Assembly (NCBI GenBank): GCA_958009085.1
Contig: OY253668.1
Location: 372,001 to 436,000 of the forward strand
DNA from: Protoeuglena noctilucae
Taxonomy: Eukaryota
Reading direction: 5' to 3'
DNA length: 64,000 nucleotides
Shown piece by piece: positions 19,111 through 31,902 of the stretch. Both the position numbers and the translations under genes were made by a program. The first letter of the stretch is position 1; the number at the start of each line of letters is the position of its first letter. The notes beneath the pieces were generated by a model. It was not told the origin of the DNA, did not search any database, and saw only the letters and a list, made by a program, of their open reading frames with translations.

Positions 19111-21298
19111 ATGTGCTCAATCGTTGATGCGTTCCCCGGGCGCTGGATTCCGCGGAAGAGCCCGCGAACCGCGATGGACGCGTGCCCGCAGAAAGTCGTC
19201 AGCCATGCCGCGGAGGCGTGGAACGGGATGACGGCGGGGTGGAGTGTGGCAGAGGCGCTCAAGCTGGTGTACAACCTGGTGCTGGTGGCGGTCGGGGTCG
19301 CGTCCGTGTGCGCCATCGCTGCGTCGATGGCGACCTTCTTCGCCTTAAGCGTCCTGCTCCTCGTCGCGCCCACGGGCAGGCTCTTCACCCAGCCTCTCTT
19401 CTTCGACTACACGTTACCGACCCCTGCGGCCAGCGTCGACTTCCGCGCGTCGCTTCAGGTGCGAGACGGCCGCCCCGGGCGCCCAGGGTCGTCCCCGCCT
19501 TGCGCTGCTCGAAGATCTCTCGATCGCCGCGTCCGATGGGCACCCGCAGGCCCGGCACATGCTGCCTCAGCTCCAGGCGGGGACGTCGTGCGTCGCGGAC
19601 CCCAACCTGGCGCAGCAGATGATCGTCATGTACCATGACAGGCCCTGGCTCATCAGCCGCGTCCTGACGCTCGAGTGGCTCCGCGGCCCGGCGAAGGAGC
19701 TTCCGCCCGTCGGCTGCGGCGAGGAGACGGAGCAGGTGATGCGTCTCCGGCCTCTCAGCCCGGGGCAGCGCTTCAACGTCGACATCGAGCTCCGTATCCC
19801 CGAGTCGGATCAAAACGCGGACCTCTTCCAGGTCATGGGGACGCTGTCCACCAGCACGGGATTCGCGCTCGCGCGCGCCAGCCGCCCCGCCATGCTGCCC
19901 TACCGCAGCTCGCCCGTGGCCTGGGCCCGCACCCTCTTTCTTTGGCCGCTCACCACAGTGAGTTGCTGCTGCCCTCGCCCAAGTTTTGTCTTGTCTTCTT
20001 TGTGCCGGAAGTGCGGCGATTGCTTTCGCGGGTGCGCACGCAGGTCGGGCTGATGGACGAGGCGCGGACGGTGCGCGTCCGGCTGTTTGACGACGTGGTC
20101 GAGGGTTCGATCCCCGTCGTGGCCATGAACGTCACCGTGCACGCCCGCCACGGCGGGGGGTTACCCCCGCAGGTGGTGTCGGCCCGCGCCGTCATCACCC
20201 GCCGCCTGGGCCTCATCGGCCGGGCCCTCTTCCACATCCGCCCCTCGTGGCCCGTCTGCACCGCCATCTACGCCCTCTGCGCGGTGAGGGCTGCTGCGTG
20301 TCCCCGTGACGGCGTGTCTCTGTCAACAGGCATGGCACCTCTCGCTCGTTGGATGGCTCATAGTTGGTCGGGAGAATTCTCTCCGTCCTCGCTTGCAGCT
20401 GAGCTTCATGGCCGGAGCGGCTGGCCTCACTGGCACGCTCTACCTGGCGCTCGCGGCCCCCGAGGAGGCGACCACGTCGGCCCGGTCGCCCTACGCGCCC
20501 CCGCCCCTGGCGTCCCCCACGCTGGGCCACCTCACGGAAGGGTCCAACGAGGCAACGGAGGCGCTGGAGCGGGAGAGCCTGGGGACCGTGACGCCGCCCA
20601 CCAGCGAGTCGGAGGACGAGGGGGCGTCTGAGGTGGGGGCTCCTGAGGGTGCGTCGTGGGAGGGGGCGGGTGAGCCGGAGCGGGGCGCTGGGCTGGAGGG
20701 AGGCATCGGCGCGGGGCCGGAGGGCAGGGCGGGAAGGGAGGACGCGCCGGAGGAGGCACCGACGGCGGGGCCTTCTCTAGTGTCCGAGGCGGGGAGCATC
20801 AGCATCTGGGGCGTGCGGGTGGGGAGCGAAGGGCCGAGCACGTCAGAGCGCGGCGAGGGGGAGGGGGCGATGGCGGAGGAGCCGGAGCTGCGGAGCTCGA
20901 CGGACGCTGGCGCGGGGGATCAAGCGGGGGAGGAAGGCGTGGCGGCGAAGGGCGGTGCGAGGGAGGCGGCGCATGCACCCGGGGGCGAGGGAGGCGAGGC
21001 GGAGGCGGAGGTGGCGGGCGAGGAGGTGTCCTTCTTCGAGGCGCGCGAGAGGAGCACGGAAGGGGCCGAGAGCGGGGACGTGTGCTCCGCGGTGTCGATG
21101 GGCAGCGCGTCCGTCAGCGCCTTGGCCTCGACGAGCGCGGAGGGCGCCGGCGGACGCGTCGAGTCCGAGGCGGGGTCCGCGGCCGCTGGAAGCTCAGGGA
21201 CGGACGCGCCGGAGGGGTCCGAGGGCGTCGTCAAGGGCGGCGTCGCGGGGCCTAGTGCCGCGGGCGTGAGGAGCCGCAAGAAGGGCAAGCGGCGATGA
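19111..21298 (+). CDS. Seipin (lipid droplet biogenesis protein) with long acidic C-terminal tail
   Basis: TM1, then luminal QPLFFDYT, PGQRFNVDIELRIPESDQN, LFQV and SRPAMLPYRSSPV motifs, then TM2 and a Glu/Gly/Ala-rich tail ending RSRKKGKRR*. Confidence 0.88.
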
Positions 21299-21664
21299 GT
21301 CACGTGTCTGGCGTGGCTCAGGCGGCTGTTTCTTCCTTTCGAATCCTAGCCAAGCATGTTGTTTGTCGCCCATCAAGAGGTCCAGGGCATAGGGACATTG
21401 AAACTGGGCAGGCATCGTCGCAGGACGTCATGGCGGGGGACCCTGGGCCCCCCCTCCGCGCCACGTCGCGGTTCGCACCTCGCGGGCGCTCCCCATCACG
21501 ACAAGGTGCGGATCGTGCGTCTATACCTTGACAGCAGCGTTTGGCGGCAGCGCCGGGTGTCGATGGCTCCGCCAAGTCGAGGGAACGTTATCGGAGCCGG
21601 GGAAGGCCGACGACTCTCCAACTCAACTGTTTTCTGCTTTTCTCGGAAACAATGGTAAAATCTG

Positions 21665-24600
21665 ATGCTGGTTGCCGCAGAGACCGAGACCGTGGGCATT
21701 TCCAGTCGCTCGAGCGATGAGGCGTCTGCTTGCGAGGGACGGCGGCCGCTCACGTCCCTGCGTCGTCGAGATGACGGGATGATGCACCACAGTCGCTTCG
21801 GGTCGCTGACGGAGCTCATCGAGCGGCCCACGATGGGCTCGATGATGCGCGACGCCCTCTGCACGCACCGGCGGGTCATCCTCCGGGTGCTGTCCCGCCT
21901 GCTCGAGCAGGGGCCACGGGCGTGGCTCCTCCCGCATGTGTTCACCGACACGCTGCACGCAGTCTGCAAGGTCAGGCGCAGCTTGTTCTCGATGAATGGA
22001 TATCGTGCTTCCACTCCCTCGCTCCTGCCGCGCATGAGACGTGGCCGCTGACGTCCCTTGCAGGAGATGGGCAGCCTGGACCTCCCCGAGTCCCAGTTCG
22101 GCGCCACCTACTGCTCCGTCGTGCACGAGATCGTCGTCGTGGACCACACGGTCGCGATGGCCTTACGCCCGCGCGTGGGGACGTGGGAGTTCGTGTGCAT
22201 CGACGTTGAGCGTGCGGAGGCGAGGGACGTGGACGTCCAGGAGTACCTGCAGGCCAAGGAGGCACTCGTGGACACTCCGCGGGACCCCTTCACCCTCGAA
22301 GTCGACATGCAGCCCTTCAACCGAGACTTTCCACGCATGCACCGCACTTCCTGGATCGGCCAGGGCGTCAACTACCTCAACCGGTGAGAGTTAGCGATGT
22401 GCGAGACACAACCCACCCAGTGCGCCGCTTGCTTTCCACGACTCCGCTCGGCTGCTGGTGAGGCGGCACGTGCCATTTGACTGCCGCCCTCCACTGCTGC
22501 CCCGTGCTCCTGCCCGCCCGCTGTGCCTGCTCGGGTGCCCATCGACCCATGGACAACCACAGGTCCCAGCTCACCCCTCCAACACAGCACTTCTCTGGTG
22601 ATCCCCAAACACAACACTACGGGAACTACCTTGCAGGTACCTGTCGTCCCGGCTGTTCCGTGAGACGTCCCCTCGCTGCCGGTGGGCTTCGGGGTCCGGG
22701 TTCACCCTCCTCTACAAGTTCATGGAGGGCCTGCGGTACGGCCGGGAGCAGCTGCTGGTCCACGGGGAGGTCATTGCGAACGAGGAGCGCTTCCAGCTCG
22801 CACTGGAGATGGCCGAGGGGCTGTTGAAGAAACTGGACCCCGCGACCCCCAGCCGGGAGGTCCTCGAGGATTACGGGCTCAGGTGAGGGCACGGTGTGTG
22901 GTCGCTGGGCTGCCTGGGATGCCGGGCACTGTGTGCATGGACTGCTTGCATGCGGCAGCAGAGCGCAGTGGGTGGCTGCGATGGCCGGTGCGGCCCTTAC
23001 GCCCCCCAGCCAAACATGCACGCTCCCTCTGCCCTCTTCCCCCCAGGGACCTGGGCTTCGCGCCCGGTTGGGGCGACACGGCAGGGTCAATCATGACCAC
23101 CGTCCACATGGCCTTGGACCTCAGCCAGGCCCCCGACGACCGCACCCTGTCCTCCTTCCTCGCCCGACTACCCATGGTCTTTCGAGTGGTGATCCTCTCG
23201 CCCCACGGGTTCTTTGGTCAAGAGGGCGTGCTGGGCCGACCCGACACTGGCGGGCAGGTGGTGTATATTCTGGACCAGTGTCGGGCGCTGGAGAAGGAGA
23301 TGGGCGAGCGCATTCGAGGGGCAGGTGAGGGATGGGGTGTCGGGGGACTATCGGTGATTGATTGGCTGGTGAGGGATGGCTGGTGTCATGCGCGCATCTC
23401 TGGCCCCACGTGTGTGTGGCTCTGTGCAGGTTTGGATGTCAAGCCGGAGATCCTCGTCGTCACGCGTCTCATCCCGGACGCCCAGGGCACCACCTGCGAT
23501 CAGCGCATCGAGCCCATACGCGGCTGCCAGCACGCACGCATCCTGCGAGTGCCATTCCGGTGAGAGGGCCTGGGAAGATTGTCGAAGCTTGGGCAATGTG
23601 AACCTGGCCCTTGGTAGCTGCGGCCCTCGTAGCGTAAAGCTGAGCCTTTTTTGTGAGGGTAAGAGTGTAAGTCACGCCTTAGCTGTCGTCACGCAGGACT
23701 GGCCCCCGCGTGCTCCACCAGTGGGTGTCGCGGTTCCGCCTGTGGCCCTACTTGGAGCAGTTTGCGCTCGACTGCGCGCACGAGATCCAGCAGGAGTTCG
23801 GCACGAACCCGGACTTCGTCATCGGAAATAACAGGCGAGGCCAGCATTGGCGCTGGCGTGGTTGCGTGGCCGCCTTGCATGGTTGGTCGTGTCGCATGGT
23901 CGACATGGGTCCACGCGGTCGGCTGTAGGCTGGGAAGGGGATCGGGAAGTAGCAGGGGTGTCTTTAGTCAAAATGGTTGTTTTGCTGTCCACTGCAGCGA
24001 CGGCAACCTGGTGGCCTCCCTTCTGGCGACGCGGCTGGACGCCGTGCAGTGCTCCATCGCCCACGCGCTCGAAAAGTGCAAGTGAGGCCAGGGTCAGCAC
24101 CTAGACGAGTTGCGCAGATTGTTTGCGCGTGTCACCTTTGGCACTCAATCCTAACCCTAACGCCATCCTGTCGGACTGATCACACCAGACGTGCTTTGTG
24201 CTGTGTGCTGGTCCCAGGTACCCCAACGCCGACATTTACTGGCAGGGCCTGGACCGCGAGTATCACTTTTCATGCCAGTTCACGGCGGACCTGATCTCCA
24301 TGAACACGAGCGACTTCATCATCAGCTCGACCTACCAGGAGATTGCCGGAACGGAGACGTCGGTGGGGCAGTACGAGGCGCACCAGCACTGGACCATGCC
24401 GGGGCTCTATCGCGTGGTGAAGGGCATCGACGTCTTCGATCCCAAGGTGGCTGTCATGGGTGGTGATGGATGGGCTGTCATGGATGGTGATGGATGGGCC
24501 TTCGTGCGCATGAGCCACGAGCGAGCCCCGTATGTATCCTCTTCTAACACTCCCCTCCTCTGTCACTCTCCGCAGTTCAACATCGTCAGCCCCGGTGTCG

Positions 24601-26600
24601 ACCCCGACCTCTACTTCCCTTACAAGGAGGAGGACAGGCGGCTGAGGGAGCTGCAGCCGGACCTGGAGGCCCTGGTGTTTGGGAGGAACGAGGACGACGT
24701 CGCGCAGGGGTATCTGGACGATACAGAGAAGCCCATTCTGGTGAGGAGGGGTCGGGAGGGTTGGGGTGGGTGAGGGGGAGTGAGACGTTTGGGTGGAGAA
24801 ACCTCGGCGGGGCTTGGTTGATATAGGAAGCTGAGACGGGGAGCACTCTGATGATAGGACCCCGCAGGTCAGCGCAGCCCCCACCTCCCAGCGTGCCCCT
24901 TGACCGTGATCCCTGCATCATGAGCCGTTTCATTCTACCCCCATTGCAGTTCAGCATGGCTCGTCTGGACTCAGTCAAGAACCTGACGGGGCTGGTCGAG
25001 TGGTTCGGCAAGAACGCGCGCCTGCGGGAGCTCTGCAACCTGGTCATCGTGGGGGGCAACGTCCAGACGCGCCTGTGCAAGGTGAGCAGCGTTGTGAGAA
25101 GTTGAGACGACGGGCGCCGGCTAGTGGGTGAGTTTGGACTCTGGCTGCGGAGGGCAGGTTCGTGGCAGTGGCCAAGGTTACGTGCAGGACATCTGTTCAG
25201 CGCGGCAAACAGTGCTGCTGGGCTCGTGTGCGCCACACCGTCTGTGCCATGCCGTAGCGGCGGGTGGCAGCCCTAGCACTGCATCGGTATCGGTATGCAG
25301 CGCAGTGATGTGACCCATTGCTGTCTTTGCGCAGGATCGGGAGGAGTTGGCGCAGTGCGAGCTGATGCACGCGCTCATGGACGAGTTGGGCCTGCGTGGC
25401 AGCGTGCGGTGGGTCCAGGCACAGACGGAGCCGCGGAAGAACGGAGAGCTGTATCGGTGAGGGTGGCAGTGGGTGCGTGGGGAGCTGTACAATTGAGGGT
25501 GGCAGTGGGTGGGTGGGGAGCTGTGCAAGTGAGGGTGGCAGTGGGTGGGTGGGTGGGGAGCTGTGCGAGTGAGGGTAGCAATGGGTCGCACCAATCAGCG
25601 CCTGCCTGCCCGCGTGCGCTGCAGGATGATCGCGGACAAGCGGGGGGCGTTCGTCCAGCCGGCGCGGTACGAGGCCTTTGGGCTGACGGTGGTCGAGGCC
25701 ATGACGTGCGGCCTCCCCGCCTTTGTGACCAACCGGGGCGGCCCCGCAGAGATCGTGCAGCACGGGCAGAGCGGCTTCCACATCGACCCGTACCACGGGG
25801 ACGCCGCTGCGGAGGTCATGGCTGATTTCTTCGACAAGTGAGGGGCGGGCAGGCGCGGGAATGCTCAGGGGCGGAAGTGACTGGGGATGTGCGGTGTTTG
25901 AAGACGGGTGTGGGTTGGTGGCTGGGCTGGGATGATGTTTCATAAACCACTGCGCATGCCAGCGTCGGCTGCGATGCGCATATTGCCGGCATCACTTGCT
26001 CGCCTTGGCCACTTGTGCAGGTGCAGGGAGGACCCCGACGAGTGGCTGCGGGTCAGTGAGGGCGCGCTCGATCGCATCGCCAAGCACTACACTTGGGACA
26101 ATTACGCGGAGAGGCTCCTGACGCTGCAGAACATTTACGCCTTCTGGCGGCACAGCACGCACATGGAGCGCAAGGTGGGCGGGCCAGGCTCAGGCGAGGG
26201 TGATGCCATGCTGTATATCCGCGCTAGAGTGCAGGTCTTGGTAGGAAAGTGGGATGCTGGCTGAATTGGGTGGGTCGCTTGGCGTACCCCCATGTTGAGG
26301 TGTTGGGGTGCCCCAGGAGACGTGCAGCATTGTAGTCATGCTGACTGCCCTGGGTGTGGAACCTCTCTTTGCCACCTGTCGTCGCAGGACACGAGGCGGT
26401 ACCTGGAGATGCTCTACCTGCTCGTGATGCGGCCTCTCGTGGCCAAGGTGCCTCTGGCCGACGAGGACGGCGATGCCGAGCGGAGGGAGCCCGTGGGGCC
26501 GGACATCCTGGCAGACGGGCCCTGCAAAGCTGCGGGGGGCGACGTCGCGAGGCCTCAGCTGGCGCCTGGGGACACGTCCCACGGGGCGCTGTCGCTGTGA
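21665..26600 (+). CDS. SUS: Sucrose synthase (GT4); about 14 exons; alternative ATG at 21780
   Basis: Motifs [141 protein letters not shown] and RRYLEMLY. Confidence 0.97.
24449..24498 (+). repeat. 24-nt tandem duplication at the start of a sucrose synthase intron
   Basis: ggctgtcatgggtggtgatggatg followed by ggctgtcatggatggtgatggatg. Confidence 0.85.
25446..25580 (+). repeat. About 36-nt G-rich tandem repeat (3.5-4 copies) spanning an exon/intron junction of sucrose synthase
   Basis: Units begin gagctgt at 25446, 25482, 25518 and 25558. The first three continue ..tgagggtggcagtgggt..; the fourth reads tgagggtagca. Confidence 0.92.
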
Positions 26601-26667
26601 GGGGCACTGTGCTATGACCGGCACGTCTTTGGGGCAGTGTGCGCTATGTCGGGCTCGTCACTGTGCT

Positions 26668-26672
26668 TGTAA
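26668..26672 (+). promoter_or_regulatory. Putative chlorophyte polyadenylation signal TGTAA downstream of sucrose synthase
   Basis: TGTAA begins 68 nt after the last base of the stop codon. TGTAA is the known chlorophyte near-upstream poly(A) element, but few genes in this window show it. Confidence 0.4.
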
Positions 26673-26927
26673 GATGGCCCCACATAGTGCTGTCCATGGA
26701 GGGTGTTTTGGCCCAGTTCAATCGCGCTATTTTACCTCAGCATGTCAAACTCCGCTTGCTTGAAGACTGCGACAGTCCTGTCTATGACGCAACACCCCGC
26801 TCCTGCGTCCCTGACTCTACGAGGCTGCTAGGCACTAACACTGCTGGGGGACCTACCTTTCTCAGAATCGCCCTAGTCACGTCAGGTATGGCCACTTCGA
26901 GGCAAACGACAACGTCACGCGTCACAG

Positions 26928-29319
26928 TCATCTGGGAGCGCCTCCGGTGTTGCGAGGAGCGCCCCCCGTGTTGCGAGGCGCGCCACCAGTGTTGCGGGGC
27001 GCGCCACCCTTGTTGACATCCTCGTCTTCCTTCTTCTCCTCACGAGGGGCGCCGCCCGCTTTACCGCCTTTTGGTGCCTCGCCCCCGTTGCGGGGTGCAC
27101 CACCAGTGCTGCGAGGAGCGCCGCCCGTGTTGTGGGTTGCACCGCCGGTGTTGTGGGGTGCGCTTGAGCTGCCGCCCATGCGCGGGGCGCCACCGGTGGC
27201 ACTGGCGCTCGCGGCAGCCCTGCAGCAGCAAGGGAGTCGCGCCAGTGCATTGCCCCTTAACAAAAGCCCCGCATGCATCCTGCCAGCCAGAGGGGCGTGG
27301 GGTGTGCAGCACAACGCACCTCGCTGCATCCTCCCTCGCGCGCTGGATGGCCTTCAGTCTGTCGTGGGCCCTGCCCACTTCCTCGGCAAACGCCTCGGCC
27401 TCCCGGCACGCCGCGCGGGCCTCGTCGCGCAGCTGCCGCGCCGCCGGCTGCCGCAGGGCCTTCTGAGCGAGGTCTCCTTTGTACTTGGCGTCCAGCGCCG
27501 GCTGCCTGGCCTTGTCGCACGCGCGCTGGGCGTGGTCCGCCTGCGGTGCCACAGCGATAACTCACATCCCCCATCTCAGCCTGGGCCACCCCCAGCCTCT
27601 GCCTTCTCCCCACAGTTCATGGTGCTCCCCGCCTCACCTCTGCAGGGTCCAGGCGGGACATCTCGTGCACCATCGCCATCAGCCGCCTGGCCCGCTCCAG
27701 CGCCGCCTCTGCGCCGCGGGCAGCCTCCTTCGCCTCGACCTGCGCACGCGCCACCAGGTCCAGCCGCTGCTCCTCTCCGTGCCGCATGGCGCTCGCCAGC
27801 GCCTCGCTGGCTTTCTGGTGCAACCCCTCGACCTCAGAGAGGGCGCGCAGGACCCTCGGCTCCAGCGCAAGAAGCGCCGACAGGTCTCCCGTGTCGCGCG
27901 CAGCGTCAGCCAGGCGCTCTGCCTCCGCGGAAGGCCCCCGCGCCGACTCCGCCGCAGACGCGATCACGCCCACCGCCGCCCGGCTCTCCTGGGGAGCCCT
28001 GCGCGCCGATGCCGCCGCCGCCTCGGCGTCCCGCGCGTTCAGCTCCGCCACCAGCCGGTCCCCGGGGCTGGCGGTGTTCCTGGCACGCGCGTGCAGCTCC
28101 TTCGCCTCCGCCTCGACCCGGGGCGCGTCCTGGTTGGCGGCCTCGTTCGCCTCGTGCGCCTTGCGAGCCCTGGGCGCCATGTCCTTTTCGATCTCCGCCG
28201 CCAGGCCGACGGCGCGCGCGGCGCTGTCCTGGATGCTCCGGGCCACCCTGCGGGAAGCGATGTGGGTGCGCACCTCCATCCACCGCACACCACGCCATCG
28301 TGCGTGGCCTCCCAAAGCCCTTCGGCGCGCGCACCTGGCAAGCTCGGCCTGCTTCATTGCCCTTGCCACTAGCTCCATGTCGAGCAGCCTTGCTTTCATG
28401 GCCTCGGCTGGGACCTTGATGCTCAAGCAGTCGTCCAGGCGAGCCACGCGGTACCGGACCTCCGTTGTCCAAGCCCCCGAGCCGAGGGGCCGCGGCTGCC
28501 CAGACGCGGCATGCACGAAGATCGCGAAGGCAAGGAGCGGCTCCACCAAGCTGAGGAGCGGTGCCCCTGCCAGGAGTCCTCGAGCAAAGGCGGTAAGGAG
28601 GGCGGAGGTGTCCGGGAAGCGCTGGCACGCGGGGCAGGAGGGGGCGCCCTCGACGCACGCCCTGCAGAAGGCGTGCTTGCAGGGGAAGGGGGCCCACGGC
28701 CCCGCCTTGGGGCCGTCGTTAGGCGCGGGGGGCGACCAGGTGCCGTGCTTCGCGCCTTCGCTGTCGGTGGCCGCGATTGGCATCTTCGTCTCCTCAAAGT
28801 CCTCGAAGCAGTGCAGGCACGCGCTGGCCACGTACCGGCCTGCACCCGCTGTGGCCTGGCCCTTGCCGAGCCGCGCCAACACGACGTCCGCGAAGGCGAA
28901 GTTGGTGGACCGGTCCCATCGATCGCGCACGCGGGCGTCTCGCAGGCGCTGGCGCGCAGACGAGCTCGCAATGAGCGTGTAGAGCGCCAGCAGCATGCGC
29001 GCCGCGAGGACGGCGATGGTGACGAGGCTCAGGTCCACGGGGCCGTGCGTGAGGACCGCACTGCCCAATACGAAGTGGGAGGCGGCGAGGGTGGCCGCGG
29101 CGCCCAGCCACCAGAGCGCGGCTTCGGCCTGCAAGGGCAACGCACGCAGAGCGCCTTGCCAGGCCACCTCCTCAACACCACCAGGCTGTCAACGCGCTGA
29201 CAGCGTGCATGGTGCGACATACGCATACATCGGATCCCGAAATCACACGATATCGACCGCAGCGCTGCGGGACCTGGGTCAAACATACATGCCAGCCTTG
29301 CCTGCGATCCTGACCGCAT
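26928..29319 (-). CDS. Uncharacterised membrane protein: TM helices, RING-like zinc finger, Ala-rich coiled coil and C-terminal GGAPRNT repeats (start tentative)
   Basis: CLHCFEDF...PFPCKHAFCRACVEGAPSCPAC (C3HC4-like with an insertion) is flanked by hydrophobic helices. A long heptad region follows. Exons join LDPAE|ADHAQ and DAA|RAAAS, and the protein ends (NTGGAPR)n*. Confidence 0.7.
26931..27200 (-). repeat. Coding 21-nt tandem repeats encoding NTGGAPR-like heptapeptides
   Basis: Plus-strand units such as gagcgcctccggtgttgcgag recur at 21-nt spacing in two blocks. Confidence 0.85.
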
Positions 29320-29548
29320 CGTACCGTCACTGGGAGTCACTGGCCAATGATGGCAGGAAATATGGCCGAGGGAGGGCAGGCGTGCGCCATTTTGGGGCCG
29401 CGGACATTGCGCCAGGAAAGTGCGCCACCGCTGGTCGAAAGACAAAGGGCTCCGCCACGGACCTCGAGCACCCAGAGCTGCTCTGAGACGCTCTCTGCAC
29501 ACGGCGCTCGCCACCAGGCGCGTCCTGCCTTCTCCAAGGGCCGGAGCC

Positions 29549-31677
29549 ATGGCATCCGTGTCGGCTGCAGCCGTGCAAAGCCGCGTGCTGCCCTCGACGC
29601 AGCGGCGGCGGCGCGTCTGCATCTCAAGAGCAAGCGAGGATCATCCGGCGCCCGCGAATGAGCATGGGGGGCCGAATTTGGACGGTGCAAGCACGTCTGC
29701 GCCGACGGGATGTTCCAGGTGCGCACGCGCTGCGCAGGCGTCGCATCGCAGGCTTCATGGGGACTCTGTTTGGCGATGTAGTCATATGCGATGCTCGTGG
29801 CCTCACGGGGACTCTGTCTGGCGATGCAGTCACGGGCGACGCTCGTGGTTCCAATTCTCTCCCCAGTCCCACCGCGGCTGCAGGGCGCGGCCGTCGGCTT
29901 CGGCCGTGTACAGTCCCAGCAACTACAGGCTCGTGCAGATGAGCATGAACGACTCGACCAACGTGCGGCTCGTGCCCAACCATCCGTCGACAGCTCCCGG
30001 GAGTCTGCGCGAGCCGCAAGCCCGCACCGCCGAAGAGCAGCAGGGCAGCCCGGCTCACGCCGCGTCTCCCATCGAGGAGATGCCTTACGACGAGGAGCTG
30101 GCGGGGACGAGCGAGCTGGGCCTGGTACCCACAGGCTCCCTGTGGCCCGCGGAGGAGGCGCCGGTGGTGATGGTGCCCAAGCCCATCCCACGCGTTCTGC
30201 TGATCCACACGGGCGGCACGCTGGGCATGGACGCGGAGAAGTCCTTCGAAACGGACCCCAGCGGCCACATGCAAGTGAAGCCGGGCACGGGAGGGAATTA
30301 CGTCACGGGCCTCTCCCCCGGCAAGATGCTCGCCAACATCAAGTCCGTGGTCCCCGAGCTGGGCTACTTCGCCGACCTGGACCTCCAGGTGGCCTTCAAC
30401 CGCGACAGCTGCCGCGTGGGCCCAAAGGAGTGGGTCAAGCTTGCGCAGATGCTCCACGTCAATCGCGACAACTACGACGCCTTCATGATCGTCCACGGCA
30501 CGGATACGATGGCCTACACGGCGTCGGCGCTCTCCCTCATGCTCCACGGCTTCCGAAAGCCCATCGTGGTGAGACGGCAGCACAGTAGTGGCTACTAGCG
30601 TGGCCAGTGGATGCGGGCACAGCTGAGTAGATGCGAGCACCTGGCTTTGCGACGATGCCGCCCCGCTTCCGTTCTGCACAGATGACGGGCTCGCAGCTTC
30701 CCCTGGCCATGCCCCGCTCGGACGCGCGACAGAACCTCCTCGACTCCATCACGTGCGCCACGGCCGCCTTCACGCCGCCCCACACGCAACTCACGGAGGT
30801 GTCGATTTGCTTCGGGGGACGCCTCCTCCGCGGCAACCGGTCCCAGAAGGTCAATTCTAGCGCCTACCAGGCCTTCGACAGCCCAGGGTACCCCCACCTC
30901 GCGGATATGGGCATTGAGGTCGGCTGGAACCACGCAGCGCTGCTCAAGGACCGCGGCACCTACCGGCCTCGGTTCCGCGTGAGTCGCCAGTCTCACTCCC
31001 TCAATGCTGCACGTGCTTTGGTGCATCTGAGCCCTGCCTGAAGCTGGCAGTGCGCCCCGTCACTCTCTGCCTCCTGCTTCCCGTCTGCAGCTGAATCCGA
31101 ACGTCATCAGGATCCCGATCGTCCCTGGCTCAGACCCGCGCGTCATGTATGGGGACTTGGTCGACCGAGGCGTGCGCGGCATCGTGCTGGGTGAGGGCTT
31201 GCATGCAATAGTCGCAAACGCAGTGCCTGTCGTCGTCACAGCTTGGCAGCCTGGTTTAATCCCCACCCCGCTCCTTGCTCGTTGCACAGATGCCTTTGGC
31301 GTCGGCAACATGCCAGACACTGCCAGTGCAGGGTGGCTACCCTGGCTTCGCCAGCAGACACGAAAGGTGAGCTGGCGCTTGGTGTTACGCGTTTGCTTTG
31401 GTGGGGCACCCTCTGGAAAGAGATGGACTTATTCACTTTAACCACCGTGACCGCCGCTGCCGCAACCGACCGCTCGCAGGGGCTGACGGTGTATCTGGGC
31501 TCGCAGTGCCTCAACGGGGGTTTGCACCCAGAGCTCTACCGCTCGGGCTCCGTGGCAATGGCGATGGGGGTGGAGTCGGGGCCCCAGATGACCCCAGAGT
31601 GCGCGTGTGTCAAGATGATGCTGTGCCTCGAGTACCCAGACATCCCCATCACGCTGGCGCTGGCTGGGGAGCTTTGA
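29549..31677 (+). CDS. Type I L-asparaginase (AnsA-like) with transit-peptide-like N-terminus
   Basis: Catalytic motifs LLIHTGGTLGM and IVHGTDTMAY, plus KPIV-MTGSQLP, SDARQNL, LLRGNRSQKV, AFDSP, AFGVGN and MTPECACVKMM; ends LAGEL*. Confidence 0.95.
29751..29848 (+). repeat. 48-nt x2 tandem duplication in the first asparaginase intron (29719-29883)
   Basis: ggcttcatggggactctgtttggcgatgtagtca.. followed by ggcctcacggggactctgtctggcgatgcagtca.. Confidence 0.88.
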
Positions 31678-31902
31678 GTCGGCTTGACCACGGCGCAGTG
31701 CCGCATGGCGTGCCGCCCAGGCCCAGGTATGTGTTCCCGGCGACCACCCATCGTCGCTTTTCAAGCATTCAACACTCTTGCGCTTGCTATGTCATGTTTG
31801 CGGATTAGAGCCTCCACCTTTGGCTCCGCTACTACTCCCAACACCCAGGTGCGCTAGGTACTCTCTAGCTCTCATCACTTGTTACATACATTCCTAGCAG
31901 CC

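Noticed and set aside
24148..24162. Telomere-like CTAACCCTAAC in a sucrose synthase intron
   Set aside because: Fewer than two full units; consistent with a branch-point motif or chance.
25446..27200. CRISPR-like interpretation of the tandem arrays
   Set aside because: There are no unique spacers and no cas genes, and the context is eukaryotic intronic or coding sequence.
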